Below are positions 51,849 through 61,707 of a DNA stretch of 64,000 bases, piece after piece. Numbering within the stretch: position 1 is the first letter of the stretch; each line of letters opens with the position of its first letter. Origin of the DNA: Fidelibacterota bacterium (GTDB taxonomy: Bacteria; Fidelibacterota; Marinisomatia; Marinisomatales; Marinisomataceae). The notes beneath the pieces are model-generated. The model was not told where the DNA came from. It saw only the letters and a program-made list of their open reading frames with translations, and did no database searches. The translations under genes and the position numbers were made by a program. Location: positions 128,234 through 192,233 of the forward strand of contig BOWX01000001.1 of the NCBI GenBank assembly GCA_019650355.1. Direction: 5' to 3'.

Positions 51849-54218
51849 CTACTCGCATTTAGACCAGCCGCAATCTTTACAGACTAAGCATCCACCTTCA
51901 TCAAATATTCCATGACCCTCGCATTCTTTACAATACATTCCTTTGGGTTTTTGAGAAGGAGATGAATCTTCTGCTATTTCAAATTGGCCTTTTTTTTCCT
52001 GTGAAGGTGAGTCACCATTAACGAATGTTTCTAGCGCTCTTCCAATTGCATCAGGAGTTGATAGGATAAGTTGACCGTCTTCCCATGTTGGGTTTGGGCC
52101 ACTGATTCCTTTCAATTGATTGATGATACTGTTTGGATCGACACCGGAGCGTAATGCAAGCGAAATTAGTCTACTAATTGCTTCAGTTTGAGCAGCAACT
52201 GTGCCACCAGCTTTTCCGATAGCTGTAAATACTTCACATAGACCATTTTCATCTTCATTTACTGTTACATACAGAGTTCCATCACCAGTACGCATACGTC
52301 TAGTTTTTCCTTCTGTAATAGAAGGGCGATTACGAGCGGTTTTCATCTCTACGTTTTGAGATGTTTCATCTTTATTCTCTGATGACTTTTCATCAGTAAT
52401 TAAGATACCTTCTCTTGATCCTTCACGGTAAACTGTAATACCCTTTAAGTCAGCTTTGTATGCAGTCATGTAAATGTCTGCAACAGTGTCTACAGTAGTT
52501 TCTTCTGCAAGGTTTACAGTAGATGAAATAGAGCTATCGATGTATCTTTGTACTACACCTTGCATCTTAACTCTAAAATATGGATCAACATTGTGTGCTG
52601 TTACGACATATTCTGGTAGATTTTCATCTGTACCAAACATTTCTTGTACAACTGGATGATAAACAGTAAAAGTATCAAACTCTTTACCTAGACTATCATT
52701 CTTCTTTACTTTTCTTTGATAAGATGTCGCAAAAATTGGTTCAACACCAGAAGTTACTCGCGCTACGATGGCGCCACTACCTGTAGGTGCAACAGTTGTA
52801 AGAGTACAATTTCTAATTCCATTGTTTTTAATTTTTGTTTGTAGTTTTTTCGGAAGGTCTTTTACAAATAGACTTTGTGAATATCCATCCCAATCGAAAT
52901 TAGGGAACTGACCTTTTTCTTTGGCTAGATCTACACTTGTTTCATAAGCGGTATTTCTGTGAATTTCCATGATTTTACCAATGGTTTCCAATGCCTCATC
53001 TGAATCATACTTAATTCCCATTTTGACGAGCATATCACCAAGGCCAAGTATTCCGAGTCCAACTCTTCTATCATTCATGGCATTTTGTTTTTGCTCTTCT
53101 AATGCGTGACGATCTAGGTTGTAATCGATAACATTATCTAGAAATCTTGCACCTATTGCAGTTGTTTCTTTGAAGCCATCAAAGTCAAAATTACCATCTT
53201 GGTCCACAAAACGTTCTAAATTTAGTGCTCCTAAATTACAGCATCCACCATCCGGCAATGGTTGTTCTGCGCAGGGGTTAGTAGATACTAATGGACTACA
53301 GTATTCTGCATTGTGATATTTGGTCATTGTATCCCAAAAAAGAAGCCCTGGCTCAGCACTTGCATGAGCATGTTCGATTATTTTCATCCACAGCTCTTTG
53401 GCTTTAACAGTGGTATATGTTTTTCCACCCCAGTGTAAATCAAAATCAGAATCAGACTGAACTGCATCCATAAAATCATCAGTTAATAAGACCGAAATAT
53501 TTGAATATTTGACCATATCAACATCACCTGTTTTAATTTCAATAAATTTCTCAATGTCAGGGTGATCAACACGTAAAGTTTGCATGTTTGCACCTCTTCT
53601 ACCATGCTGAGCTATGGTGTTAGTATTTTCACTAAAAAGATTCATGAAACCAACTGGACCACATGAATTACCACCAGTTCCGAGAATTTCATCTCCACCA
53701 GGTCTGAGAACAGATAAGTCATGTCCACAACCACCACCATATTTGTATGTCATGGCTTCTTGTATTACACAATCATATATTGATTTGATAGAGTCGTCTT
53801 TGATTCCAACGACGTAACAATTATTTAGGGTAGTTGTGATATCTTCACGTCCAGCTCCATGCATAATTCTGCCGCCAGGTACAAATTTAAAATTTTTAAG
53901 TGCTTCAAAAAAAGCAGCTTCCCATTTATCTTGAAGTTCTGGTGTTTTTTCAACACTTGCTAAAGCTTTGGCTTGACGTTTCCATAATTCCCAAGGATTT
54001 TTTTCTCCGGGAGCTAGGTATTTCATTTCAAGAACGCTTCGACCAAGATCGTCTTCTTTATAATAATTATCTATTGTGTATTCTTCTGGACAACTTTCTT
54101 TATCTTGATCCATTGACTCTTTTACATTAAAGCCAAGGATTTGGTTTTTTAACTCTGAATCTATCTTTGGATTTTTATCCGATTCTGTTGGAAAGTTTAT
54201 TTCAATTGCTTCCGCCAT
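51849..54218 (-). CDS. nrdJ: Class II (adenosylcobalamin-dependent) ribonucleotide reductase
   Basis: 789 aa. Active-site block 'TNPCAEQPLPDGGCCNLG' and a C-terminal Cys-rich tail 'CKECEGHG...CLVCKDCGWSKCE' typical of NrdJ. Confidence 0.9.
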   Translation of the reverse strand: MAEAIEINFPTESDKNPKIDSELKNQILGFNVKESMDQDKESCPEEYTIDNYYKEDDLGRSVLEMKYLAPGEKNPWELWKRQAKALASVEKTPELQDKWEAAFFEALKNFKFVPGGRIMHGAGREDITTTLNNCYVVGIKDDSIKSIYDCVIQEAMTYKYGGGCGHDLSVLRPGGDEILGTGGNSCGPVGFMNLFSENTNTIAQHGRRGANMQTLRVDHPDIEKFIEIKTGDVDMVKYSNISVLLTDDFMDAVQSDSDFDLHWGGKTYTTVKAKELWMKIIEHAHASAEPGLLFWDTMTKYHNAEYCSPLVSTNPCAEQPLPDGGCCNLGALNLERFVDQDGNFDFDGFKETTAIGARFLDNVIDYNLDRHALEEQKQNAMNDRRVGLGILGLGDMLVKMGIKYDSDEALETIGKIMEIHRNTAYETSVDLAKEKGQFPNFDWDGYSQSLFVKDLPKKLQTKIKNNGIRNCTLTTVAPTGSGAIVARVTSGVEPIFATSYQRKVKKNDSLGKEFDTFTVYHPVVQEMFGTDENLPEYVVTAHNVDPYFRVKMQGVVQRYIDSSISSTVNLAEETTVDTVADIYMTAYKADLKGITVYREGSREGILITDEKSSENKDETSQNVEMKTARNRPSITEGKTRRMRTGDGTLYVTVNEDENGLCEVFTAIGKAGGTVAAQTEAISRLISLALRSGVDPNSIINQLKGISGPNPTWEDGQLILSTPDAIGRALETFVNGDSPSQEKKGQFEIAEDSSPSQKPKGMYCKECEGHGIFDEGGCLVCKDCGWSKCE

Positions 54219-54503
54219 AATTCTTAATTCTCACCCTTTATATATTAATATTCTGCGCGTCAAACGACACTGTTTCTCTAAAAGAGATTATTTTTTTTGC
54301 AAATACATAGCTTTCGAAAAGCTAATTGGCTGGCTAAGCAACTTATTTATTTTTTTTTATTTGAGTCAAGTTTAAAAATGTAAAAAATAATATTTTTTTG
54401 ATTTAGTTCAGGATTGTTACAAAAAAAGTCCCATAAGTCACATAATTTTGCCTACTTGTTTTGCATCATTTTCTGTATTAATATTTGTAGCGACAACGCA
54501 TAT

Positions 54504-57500
54504 ATGACAGAAGTAAAATTGAATAATAAATTCACATTAAACGATAAATATACATTACTCGAAGGTAGAATCATTCTATCTGGAATACAAGCGCTCGTAC
54601 GTTTATTACTTGACCAAAATAGAGCTGATTTAATTAAAGGAATAAATACAGGTACTTTAGTTTCAGGTTACAGAGGTTCTCCTGTAGGAATGCTAGACAT
54701 CAATTTAGTACGAAACAAAAAGTTATTGGATCAGCACAATATCAATTTCATCCCTGGAGTTAATGAAGATTTAGGTGCAACACTTATTTACGGAAGTCAA
54801 ATGGCCGGAATGGTATCAAACGTTAAGTATGACGGTGTTCTGGGTATGTGGTATGGAAAAGCACCTGGAGTAGATCGTTCTGGAGATATTTTTAGACATG
54901 CAAATTTTTTAGGAGTTGGTAAAAATGGAGGTGTATTAGCAGTCGCTGGAGATGACCCTTCTTGTAAATCGTCAACTCTTCCATCACAGTCTGAACCAGC
55001 ATTATTCGATGCTATGATGCCAATTTTTTATCCTGGTAATGTTCAAGAAATTTTAGATTTAGGTAGATATGCATATGAGATGTCCAGGTACTCTGGTTTG
55101 TGGTCTGGTTTTAAAATTGTAACTGATATCGCCGATGCTTTTGGAAGCGCTATTGTTCATCCTGAAAGAATTAACATTAACATTCCTGATTTCCAATACA
55201 ACGGTCAGCCATGGAAACATACTCAAAATGCTAAATTAGTTGGACATCATAGTTTGCCAACTGAAAAAGAAATCCACTTAGGTAGAATTGAAGCTGCTAA
55301 ACATTTCTTGGCATCAAATAATATCAACAAAATCACAATTAAATCAGATAACGATTCAATAGGAATTATTACCGCTGGAAAGACTTATTATGATATCGTT
55401 GAAGCTCTAGATTCTCTTGGTTGGAATGAAGCATTTTTAAATGAAAAGGGAATTAGGATATTAAAACTCGGAGCAACTTTCCCAGTTGATAGTAATATTA
55501 TTAAGCAATTCACAGAAGACTTAAATGAAGTCTTCGTTATTGAAGAAAAAAGATCGTTTATTGAGATGTTAATTAAAGAAGAAGTATACAATTATGCTAA
55601 TAAACCACTTATTATCGGTAAAACTGATGAGCATAATAATTCATTGATTCCTGGATACGGTGAATTAACAGCAGATGACTTATCAAAGATTATTTTTAAC
55701 CGATATGCTTCAAGACTTGGCGTTGAATCAGATAATAATAAAATAAATATTATATCAGAGGTTGATAATAGAGTTTACGGCGAGTCTTTAACTTCAAGAT
55801 CAATGTATTTCTGTTCTGGGTGTCCTCATAATACTTCAACAGTTAAATTACCGGAGGGTGATTCAGCTTTTGGAGGAATTGGTTGTCATTTAATGGCAAT
55901 GTTTGTGGATGACGGTAAAGCATTTGGAACAACGCATATGGGAGGGGAAGGTGCTCAATGGACAGGCATGGAGCCTTTCATCGAAAAAGAACACATGTTT
56001 CAAAATATTGGTGATGGTACTTTTTTCCATTCCGGTTCATTAGCTTTGAGACAAGCTATAGCAGCTAACTCTCATATTACTTACAAAATTTTGTATAATA
56101 GAGCAGTAGCAATGACAGGAGCTCAAGATCCAGACGGTGGGTTAGACTTACCTGAATTAACCAAATACCTTAAATCACAAGGCGTTAAAAAAGTTATCAT
56201 AACTACTGATGATACTGGTGCATATAAATCAATTGATAAGTCTAGATGGGATAAAGATGTTGAGATATTGCACAGAGATGAAATTGTTGATGCTCAGAAA
56301 AAATTAAAAGCTATTAAAGGTGTAACCGTTTTAGTTCACGATCAATCTTGTGCAGCAAATTTAAGAAGATTAAGAAAGCGCGGTTTGGTGCATGAACCAA
56401 AGAAGCGCATATTTATTAATGAAGCAGTATGTGAAGGGTGTGGAGATTGTGGAGTTAAGTCTAATTGTCTAAGTGTACAACCAATTAAGACTGAGTTTGG
56501 AAGAAAGACTCAAATCGATCAACCTTCCTGCAATAAAGATTACTCCTGTGTTGAAGGTAATTGTCCATCATTTATACAGGTTATTCCATCTGACAAAGAT
56601 GATAAAAGAAAATTACCTGGTATTGGATTTGATCCATCAATGTTACCAAATCCAAAAAAGATTCAAAAAGATGTAGCTAATGTATTTATGCTTGGTATTG
56701 GTGGAACAGGAGTTGTAACTGTAAATCAGATTATTTCCACTGCAGCATTTATTGAAGATAAAAAGGTGATTTCTCTTGATCAAACTGGGTTAAGTCAAAA
56801 AGGCGGTTCTGTTGTTTCTCATTTGAAAATTGTTAATAACGACAAAGAATATTCCAGTAGAGTTGCAAACGGTGAATCTGATGCTTACTTAGTCTTTGAT
56901 TTGCTTACAGGTGTAAATCCAAAAAATATGGCAAAATTAAGTTCGAAAAATTCAACTTCAGTTATTTCAACATCTGAAATTCCAACAGGGGATATGGTAA
57001 GATCTACTGCTGAGGAATACCCTGAAGCATCTTTTATGATTGATTTGATTAAAGAATATTCTAAAAATAATACTTTATTGAACGCAACTGAGCTTTCAGA
57101 ACATTTCTTTGGTAGTAATATGCAGGCTAATTTTATTGTAATTGGTGCTGCTTATCAATCTGGTTGTATTCCAATTTCTAGCGAATCAATTGAAAAAGCT
57201 ATTGAAATGAATGGCGTAGCTGTTACACAAAATACTAATGCGTTTAATATTGGAAGAAAAGTGGTTTCAGACCCTCATTGGGTTGATACTATTGATTTAT
57301 ATAGATCTGGTAGCTTAGCTTCAAAACCAATTCTGTCATCAGAAGCTTTGAGCTTAATTGATTCAATTTCACCTGATGAAGAACTGAGAAAAATTCTTGA
57401 ACATAGAACTCAGGAATTAATTGAATATCAAAATCTTTCTTACGCAAAAGAGTATATGAGTTTTGTTGGAAATATTTTTGAAAAAGAGCAAAAAACTAGA

Positions 57501-58025
57501 TCAAGCTCTGAATTATCCCAAAATGTTGCAAAATATTTATTCAAATTAATGGCCACGAAAGATGAATATGAAGTAGCTAGACTATCGCTCAAAGCTGAGC
57601 TTGATTCTGCAATAAATAAAGAGTTTGGTAAGTCTGCAAAAATCAGTTATATGCTTCATCCTCCTTTTTTAAAAGCAATGGAAAATATTCCAATATTAAA
57701 TATGTTGCCTGGAGTAAAATCAAAATTAGCTTTAGGATCATGGTTTAAAGTGTTTTATGTAATGCTGAAAAACATGAAGTTTTTAAGAGGAACTCCTTTT
57801 GATTTTATGGCATGGTTTAGCAATGATGTTAGAAAAGCAGATAGAAAAGCATTAAATCACTACAAATCTATTCTTTCTAATAACATAGATGAAATTGGAA
57901 ATGGTAAATACCAAGATTTAAAAGAATTTTCTATTTTACCAGATATAATTAGAGGATATGAAGAGGTTCGATTAGAAACAATGGATGAATTTTATCTTAA
58001 ATCTAACAATCTTTTTAAATCATAG
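54504..58025 (+). CDS. Indolepyruvate:ferredoxin oxidoreductase family protein (fused IorA/IorB)
   Basis: The start is MTEVKLNNKFTLNDKYTLLEGRI. A TPP region 'GIGCH...GDGTFFHSG' and two ferredoxin-type Cys clusters 'CEGCGDCGVKSNC' and 'CNKDYSCVEGNCPSF' are present. The TTG extension from 54414 is rejected. Confidence 0.85.
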   Translation: MTEVKLNNKFTLNDKYTLLEGRIILSGIQALVRLLLDQNRADLIKGINTGTLVSGYRGSPVGMLDINLVRNKKLLDQHNINFIPGVNEDLGATLIYGSQMAGMVSNVKYDGVLGMWYGKAPGVDRSGDIFRHANFLGVGKNGGVLAVAGDDPSCKSSTLPSQSEPALFDAMMPIFYPGNVQEILDLGRYAYEMSRYSGLWSGFKIVTDIADAFGSAIVHPERININIPDFQYNGQPWKHTQNAKLVGHHSLPTEKEIHLGRIEAAKHFLASNNINKITIKSDNDSIGIITAGKTYYDIVEALDSLGWNEAFLNEKGIRILKLGATFPVDSNIIKQFTEDLNEVFVIEEKRSFIEMLIKEEVYNYANKPLIIGKTDEHNNSLIPGYGELTADDLSKIIFNRYASRLGVESDNNKINIISEVDNRVYGESLTSRSMYFCSGCPHNTSTVKLPEGDSAFGGIGCHLMAMFVDDGKAFGTTHMGGEGAQWTGMEPFIEKEHMFQNIGDGTFFHSGSLALRQAIAANSHITYKILYNRAVAMTGAQDPDGGLDLPELTKYLKSQGVKKVIITTDDTGAYKSIDKSRWDKDVEILHRDEIVDAQKKLKAIKGVTVLVHDQSCAANLRRLRKRGLVHEPKKRIFINEAVCEGCGDCGVKSNCLSVQPIKTEFGRKTQIDQPSCNKDYSCVEGNCPSFIQVIPSDKDDKRKLPGIGFDPSMLPNPKKIQKDVANVFMLGIGGTGVVTVNQIISTAAFIEDKKVISLDQTGLSQKGGSVVSHLKIVNNDKEYSSRVANGESDAYLVFDLLTGVNPKNMAKLSSKNSTSVISTSEIPTGDMVRSTAEEYPEASFMIDLIKEYSKNNTLLNATELSEHFFGSNMQANFIVIGAAYQSGCIPISSESIEKAIEMNGVAVTQNTNAFNIGRKVVSDPHWVDTIDLYRSGSLASKPILSSEALSLIDSISPDEELRKILEHRTQELIEYQNLSYAKEYMSFVGNIFEKEQKTRSSSELSQNVAKYLFKLMATKDEYEVARLSLKAELDSAINKEFGKSAKISYMLHPPFLKAMENIPILNMLPGVKSKLALGSWFKVFYVMLKNMKFLRGTPFDFMAWFSNDVRKADRKALNHYKSILSNNIDEIGNGKYQDLKEFSILPDIIRGYEEVRLETMDEFYLKSNNLFKS

Positions 58026-58085
58026 AATTTTATTTCAATTTTCTTGAATAAAAACTATATTTATTGAACACAATTACTATATAGG

Positions 58086-60656
58086 ATGCATTCAATGTAC
58101 AAAAAAATTCTTTTTTTAGCTCTTTTTAGCTTTGCGATAGGTCAGCACCATAATCATGATCATAGTCTTACAGATGACGGCTACATCCGTTGTGCTACAG
58201 ATGAGCTCGAACAAGAGCTTCAACTTTTAAATCCTGAATTCATTGCTGAAAGAGATGCTCAGATTCTTAAAGCACAGCAATTAATTAGAAATAATCCTCA
58301 ATGGAGAACAAGTAACAATTCGCAAAATACAATTTTCGTTCCAGTAATATTCCATGTATTATATAATTCTGCATCTGACAATATTTCTGCTTTTCAAATA
58401 GGAGAAAACTTTGATCAAATAAATTTAGATTTCTCGAATACAAATCCTGATGGTGATGAAATACCATCTGCTCCAAATCCTTCGGATGCTCCATTTGATC
58501 CAGGTGTAGATTATAGTCATCAGTCAGTAAGAGGGACTCATAATGTTGTATTTGTAGGTTCATTAGGTGAGTCTACTGGAGCTCAATTAATTGAAGGTCA
58601 AACAATAAGAAGATATAACATTAGCCAAAGCACTGTAAGTGGCGTGGGTGAAGCTAGTAGTCTTGCTTCTTCAGTGCCTACTGATAGTGGTGTCGAAGGC
58701 GGATATCAGGATGGATTTTTAAATATTTATATTGCTCCTTTGACAGGAGGATTACTTGGACAAGCATATCTTGGTTTTCCAGAATCTGTTGTTTTAGGCG
58801 GTTCTGTGGGATCAGTTGAAAATCCAGGAACCACTGGTGGCTATAATAGAGGAAGAACTCTTACTCATGAGTTAGGACATAATTTTACCTTTAACCATAC
58901 ATTTAATTCTAATAGTTGTGGAAATCAGTTGTGGGTGATATTCCAGCTCAGACTGTTAATAATCGTGGAGCAAATATTTACGAGTGGCCATCTGGTAGTG
59001 GTAATTTTTATGGTAGAAGTGCTGAAAATAGTTGTATTTCATCAAGTGGTATGGGTGATCAATTCATGAATTATATGGACTATGTTTATGATGATCAAAT
59101 GAGAATGTTTTCAGAAGAACAAGCTTTAGATGGCTATGCTTGGGCAGCAAGCAGAAATTGGGCTCAGGTTGTTAATGGAGTAATAACTCAGGTTTCTTCA
59201 AGTGTTTCATATGCAACTTCTAACAGAGAATTTACAGTTGATGTTACTTTTGATGAAGTAGTTACTGGTTTTACTCAAGAAGATATTGTTTTAGAAAATG
59301 CAACAGTTGTAAACTTTAATTCTGGAGATGGACAAAATTATAGTTTCGATGTACAAGCTATAGTAGATGGTGAAGTTGAAGTGTCTATTGCAAGAGAAAG
59401 TTGCGTTGGAGTTGACAGTGGAGATGCTAATTTAGGATCAAATAAACTTGTGGTAATTGTTGATACTTCCGCACCTGAAGTGGGTACAGTGGACATCGGA
59501 AATATTCAAGATACATTTTATATTACTTCGCAAAATCCAGGATTAAATCTTGTTCTTAAGGATTTTGAAGATGATGTAAGTGGCGTAAGTAATTATTATG
59601 TGTCAGTTGGTCTTTCACCAACTGGACAAGAAATATATCCCGCTACAGCTTTTTCAAGCGCATTTATATCTATAGATGAAAGTAGCTTATCTGGTTTAAG
59701 TGATTTCCAACAATATTATGTAAATGTGTATGCTCGCAACCTTGTTGGGTTGGATTCTGAAATTGTTAGTAGCACATTTTACTATTTTGGAAGCTTGATT
59801 GGTGACCATGATGGTGATTGGGATATTGATTTTGTTGATTATGCTTATTTTATTGCAAATTATCCTGGAATTGATATTGCACCTGTTACTGGAAGCGCAC
59901 CTTATTTCTTCCCAAATTTTGACGGAATTTCAGACGAAAAAGATTTAAATATGTTTCAATCTCAATGGAACTGGTCCTTAGACCAATCACGAAGAGATGA
60001 ACCAAATTATACTCAATCATCAGGACCTGGTATTAGGCCTACTTTGAGATTATTGAATCAGCAGTTAATTGTTACATTTGATCCAGATGCATCAACATCT
60101 CAGTTCTATTTAGAATATGCACCTGATGATTATACCATTGATTATCTTTCAAGTAATCTTAATTCAAATATAGTTTTAAATGGAAATGATTATGATCAGG
60201 GTATTATTCAAATGGAAATTGCTGACTACAGTTTTAATAGATCTAATCCGATTGAATTAACATTTAGTTTTGAAAATAACACTGATTCTTACGACTTTTT
60301 GAAGTATAGTTTTTCAACTTATAATAAGTCCAATCAAATTGTTGCAGAAGGGTATGATTATCTTCAAACTGCTCCCCTTTAAACTATCGTTTAGCAAAAA
60401 GTTTCAAATCCGTTTTCAACAGGAGGTACTACTATAGAGTTTGACTTGCCTGTAACAGAAGCTATATCAATGTATATACTTGATATTAGAGGTAGGAAGG
60501 TTAAGACCTTAATTGATAAAGAAAATCTTTTTGGATATCAGTCTGTAATGTGGGATGCGACAAATGATGATGGCGATAATGTATAGCGGTGTTTACTTCT
60601 ATCAGATTAAATCTCGCAACTTTAATGAAGTTGGCAAACTAGTATTTGTTAAGTAG
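58086..60656 (+). CDS. Secreted M43 (pappalysin/cytophagalysin-like) zinc metalloprotease with Ig-like and dockerin-like regions and a T9SS C-terminal sorting domain. About 4 frame breaks.
   Basis: Signal peptide, zinc site 'HELGHNFTFNHTF', 'GDIPAQT' and 'FMNYMDYVYDDQMRMFSEEQ'. 'GDHDGDWDIDFVDY' is a Ca-binding-like loop. The tail reads (K)VSNPFSTGGTTIEFDLPVTEAISMYILDIRGRKVKTLIDKENLFGYQSVMWDATNDDGDNV / SGVYFYQIKSRNFNEVGKLVFVK*. Breaks are at 58922-58924, 60374-60383, 60396-60400 and about 60581-60585. Confidence 0.75.
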
Positions 60657-60664
60657 ATTTTAAA

Positions 60665-61630
60665 ATGCTAACTCAAAGACCAACATTATCAGATATTAGA
60701 GATGCGCGCGTTCGAACCGAATCTATTGTTAGAAAAACTCCAATCTTGACTTCAGAATATTTCAATGATTTGTTAGACATGGAATTATTTTTCAAATGTG
60801 AAAATTTTCAGAAAACCGGATCATTTAAAATTAGGGGAGCCTCAAATGCAGTATTTTCTTTAACTGATGAAGAAGCTAAGCAAGGCGTTGCTTGTCAGTC
60901 ATCAGGAAATCATGGGGGAGCTATTGCCTGCGCTGCATATTTAAAAGGTATTCATGCAGATATTGTCATGGCAAAAAGTGTTTCAAAAGCAAAAATACAT
61001 AACGTTAAAACCTATAAAGGAAATATGATATTTTGTGACACTATGGGAGAAAGAGATGAATTATTTGCCAATACTGTAAAAGATAATGATAGAATATCCA
61101 TACATCCCTATGACAATTTTGATGTAATGGCTGGGCAAGGCACTATAGCATTGGAAATATTAGAACAAGTACCCGAATTTGATTCAGTGGTCGTTCCTAT
61201 TGGTGGTGGAGGTCTAATAAGTGGTATTTCTATTGCTTTAAAAGAATTAAAACCAGATGCAAAAGTAATTGGTTGTGAACCAGAAAGCGTTGATGACACC
61301 TTTCAAATGTATAAAGCTAACAAACGTATTGAAATGGCTCATAGAGAGTCCGTAGCAGACGGTTTAATGGCTATTGTTGGTCAATTAACACTTCCGATTA
61401 TTCAAGAGAATGTAAGCGATATCGTATTGGCTACAGAACAAGAGATTATTGATACTACTAGGCTTGTTTGGGAGCGTATGAAAATTGTGATTGAACCTTC
61501 ATGTGCTTTAGCTTTAGCAAGTGTTATTAAAAACAAAGAAAAGTTTGTTGGACAAAAAGTAGTATTAGTTATTACTGGTGGTAATGTAGATCTTGTTTCT
61601 TTGCCATGGCTTAAAGTCGGTAAAGAATAA
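60665..61630 (+). CDS. PLP-dependent threonine/serine dehydratase (short catabolic / serine-racemase-like type)
   Basis: 321 aa. PLP-Lys motif 'FQKTGSFKIRGA', 'SSGNHG' and a 'GGGGLISG' phosphate loop. No ACT regulatory domain. Confidence 0.8.
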   Translation: MLTQRPTLSDIRDARVRTESIVRKTPILTSEYFNDLLDMELFFKCENFQKTGSFKIRGASNAVFSLTDEEAKQGVACQSSGNHGGAIACAAYLKGIHADIVMAKSVSKAKIHNVKTYKGNMIFCDTMGERDELFANTVKDNDRISIHPYDNFDVMAGQGTIALEILEQVPEFDSVVVPIGGGGLISGISIALKELKPDAKVIGCEPESVDDTFQMYKANKRIEMAHRESVADGLMAIVGQLTLPIIQENVSDIVLATEQEIIDTTRLVWERMKIVIEPSCALALASVIKNKEKFVGQKVVLVITGGNVDLVSLPWLKVGKE

Positions 61631-61655
61631 TCATAATTAAAATATTTTATGTAAT

Positions 61656-61685
61656 AAAAAAGCCCTCAAAAATGAGGGCTTTTTT
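61656..61685. terminator. Bidirectional Rho-independent terminator between convergent genes
   Basis: AAAAA-AGCCCTCA-aaaa-TGAGGGCT-TTTTT. The 8-bp GC-rich stem spans 61661-61668 and 61673-61680, flanked by an A-run and a T-run. Confidence 0.8.
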
Positions 61686-61707
61686 ATTTATTAAGAAACT
61701 CTATTTC

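Noticed and set aside
54414-54503. TTG-initiated 30-codon N-terminal extension of the IOR ORF (MLQKKSHKSHNFAYLFCIIFCINICSDNAY)
   Set aside because: The conserved IOR N-terminus begins at MTEVKLNNKF (ATG 54504). The extension is unconserved-looking, Cys/Ile/Phe-rich sequence within the promoter region.
54219-54503. Cobalamin riboswitch or NrdR boxes upstream of nrdJ
   Set aside because: I looked on both strands for a B12-box-like GCCACTG core and for paired 16-bp NrdR palindromes (acaCwAtATaTwGtgt). Neither was recognisable. A covariance-model scan would be needed to be sure.
60576-60585. dif-like core 'ATAATGTATA' (XerCD site)
   Set aside because: Only 10 bp match the central part of the E. 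coli dif consensus. The flanking Xer-binding arms are absent, and the match lies inside the T9SS CTD coding sequence of the protease.
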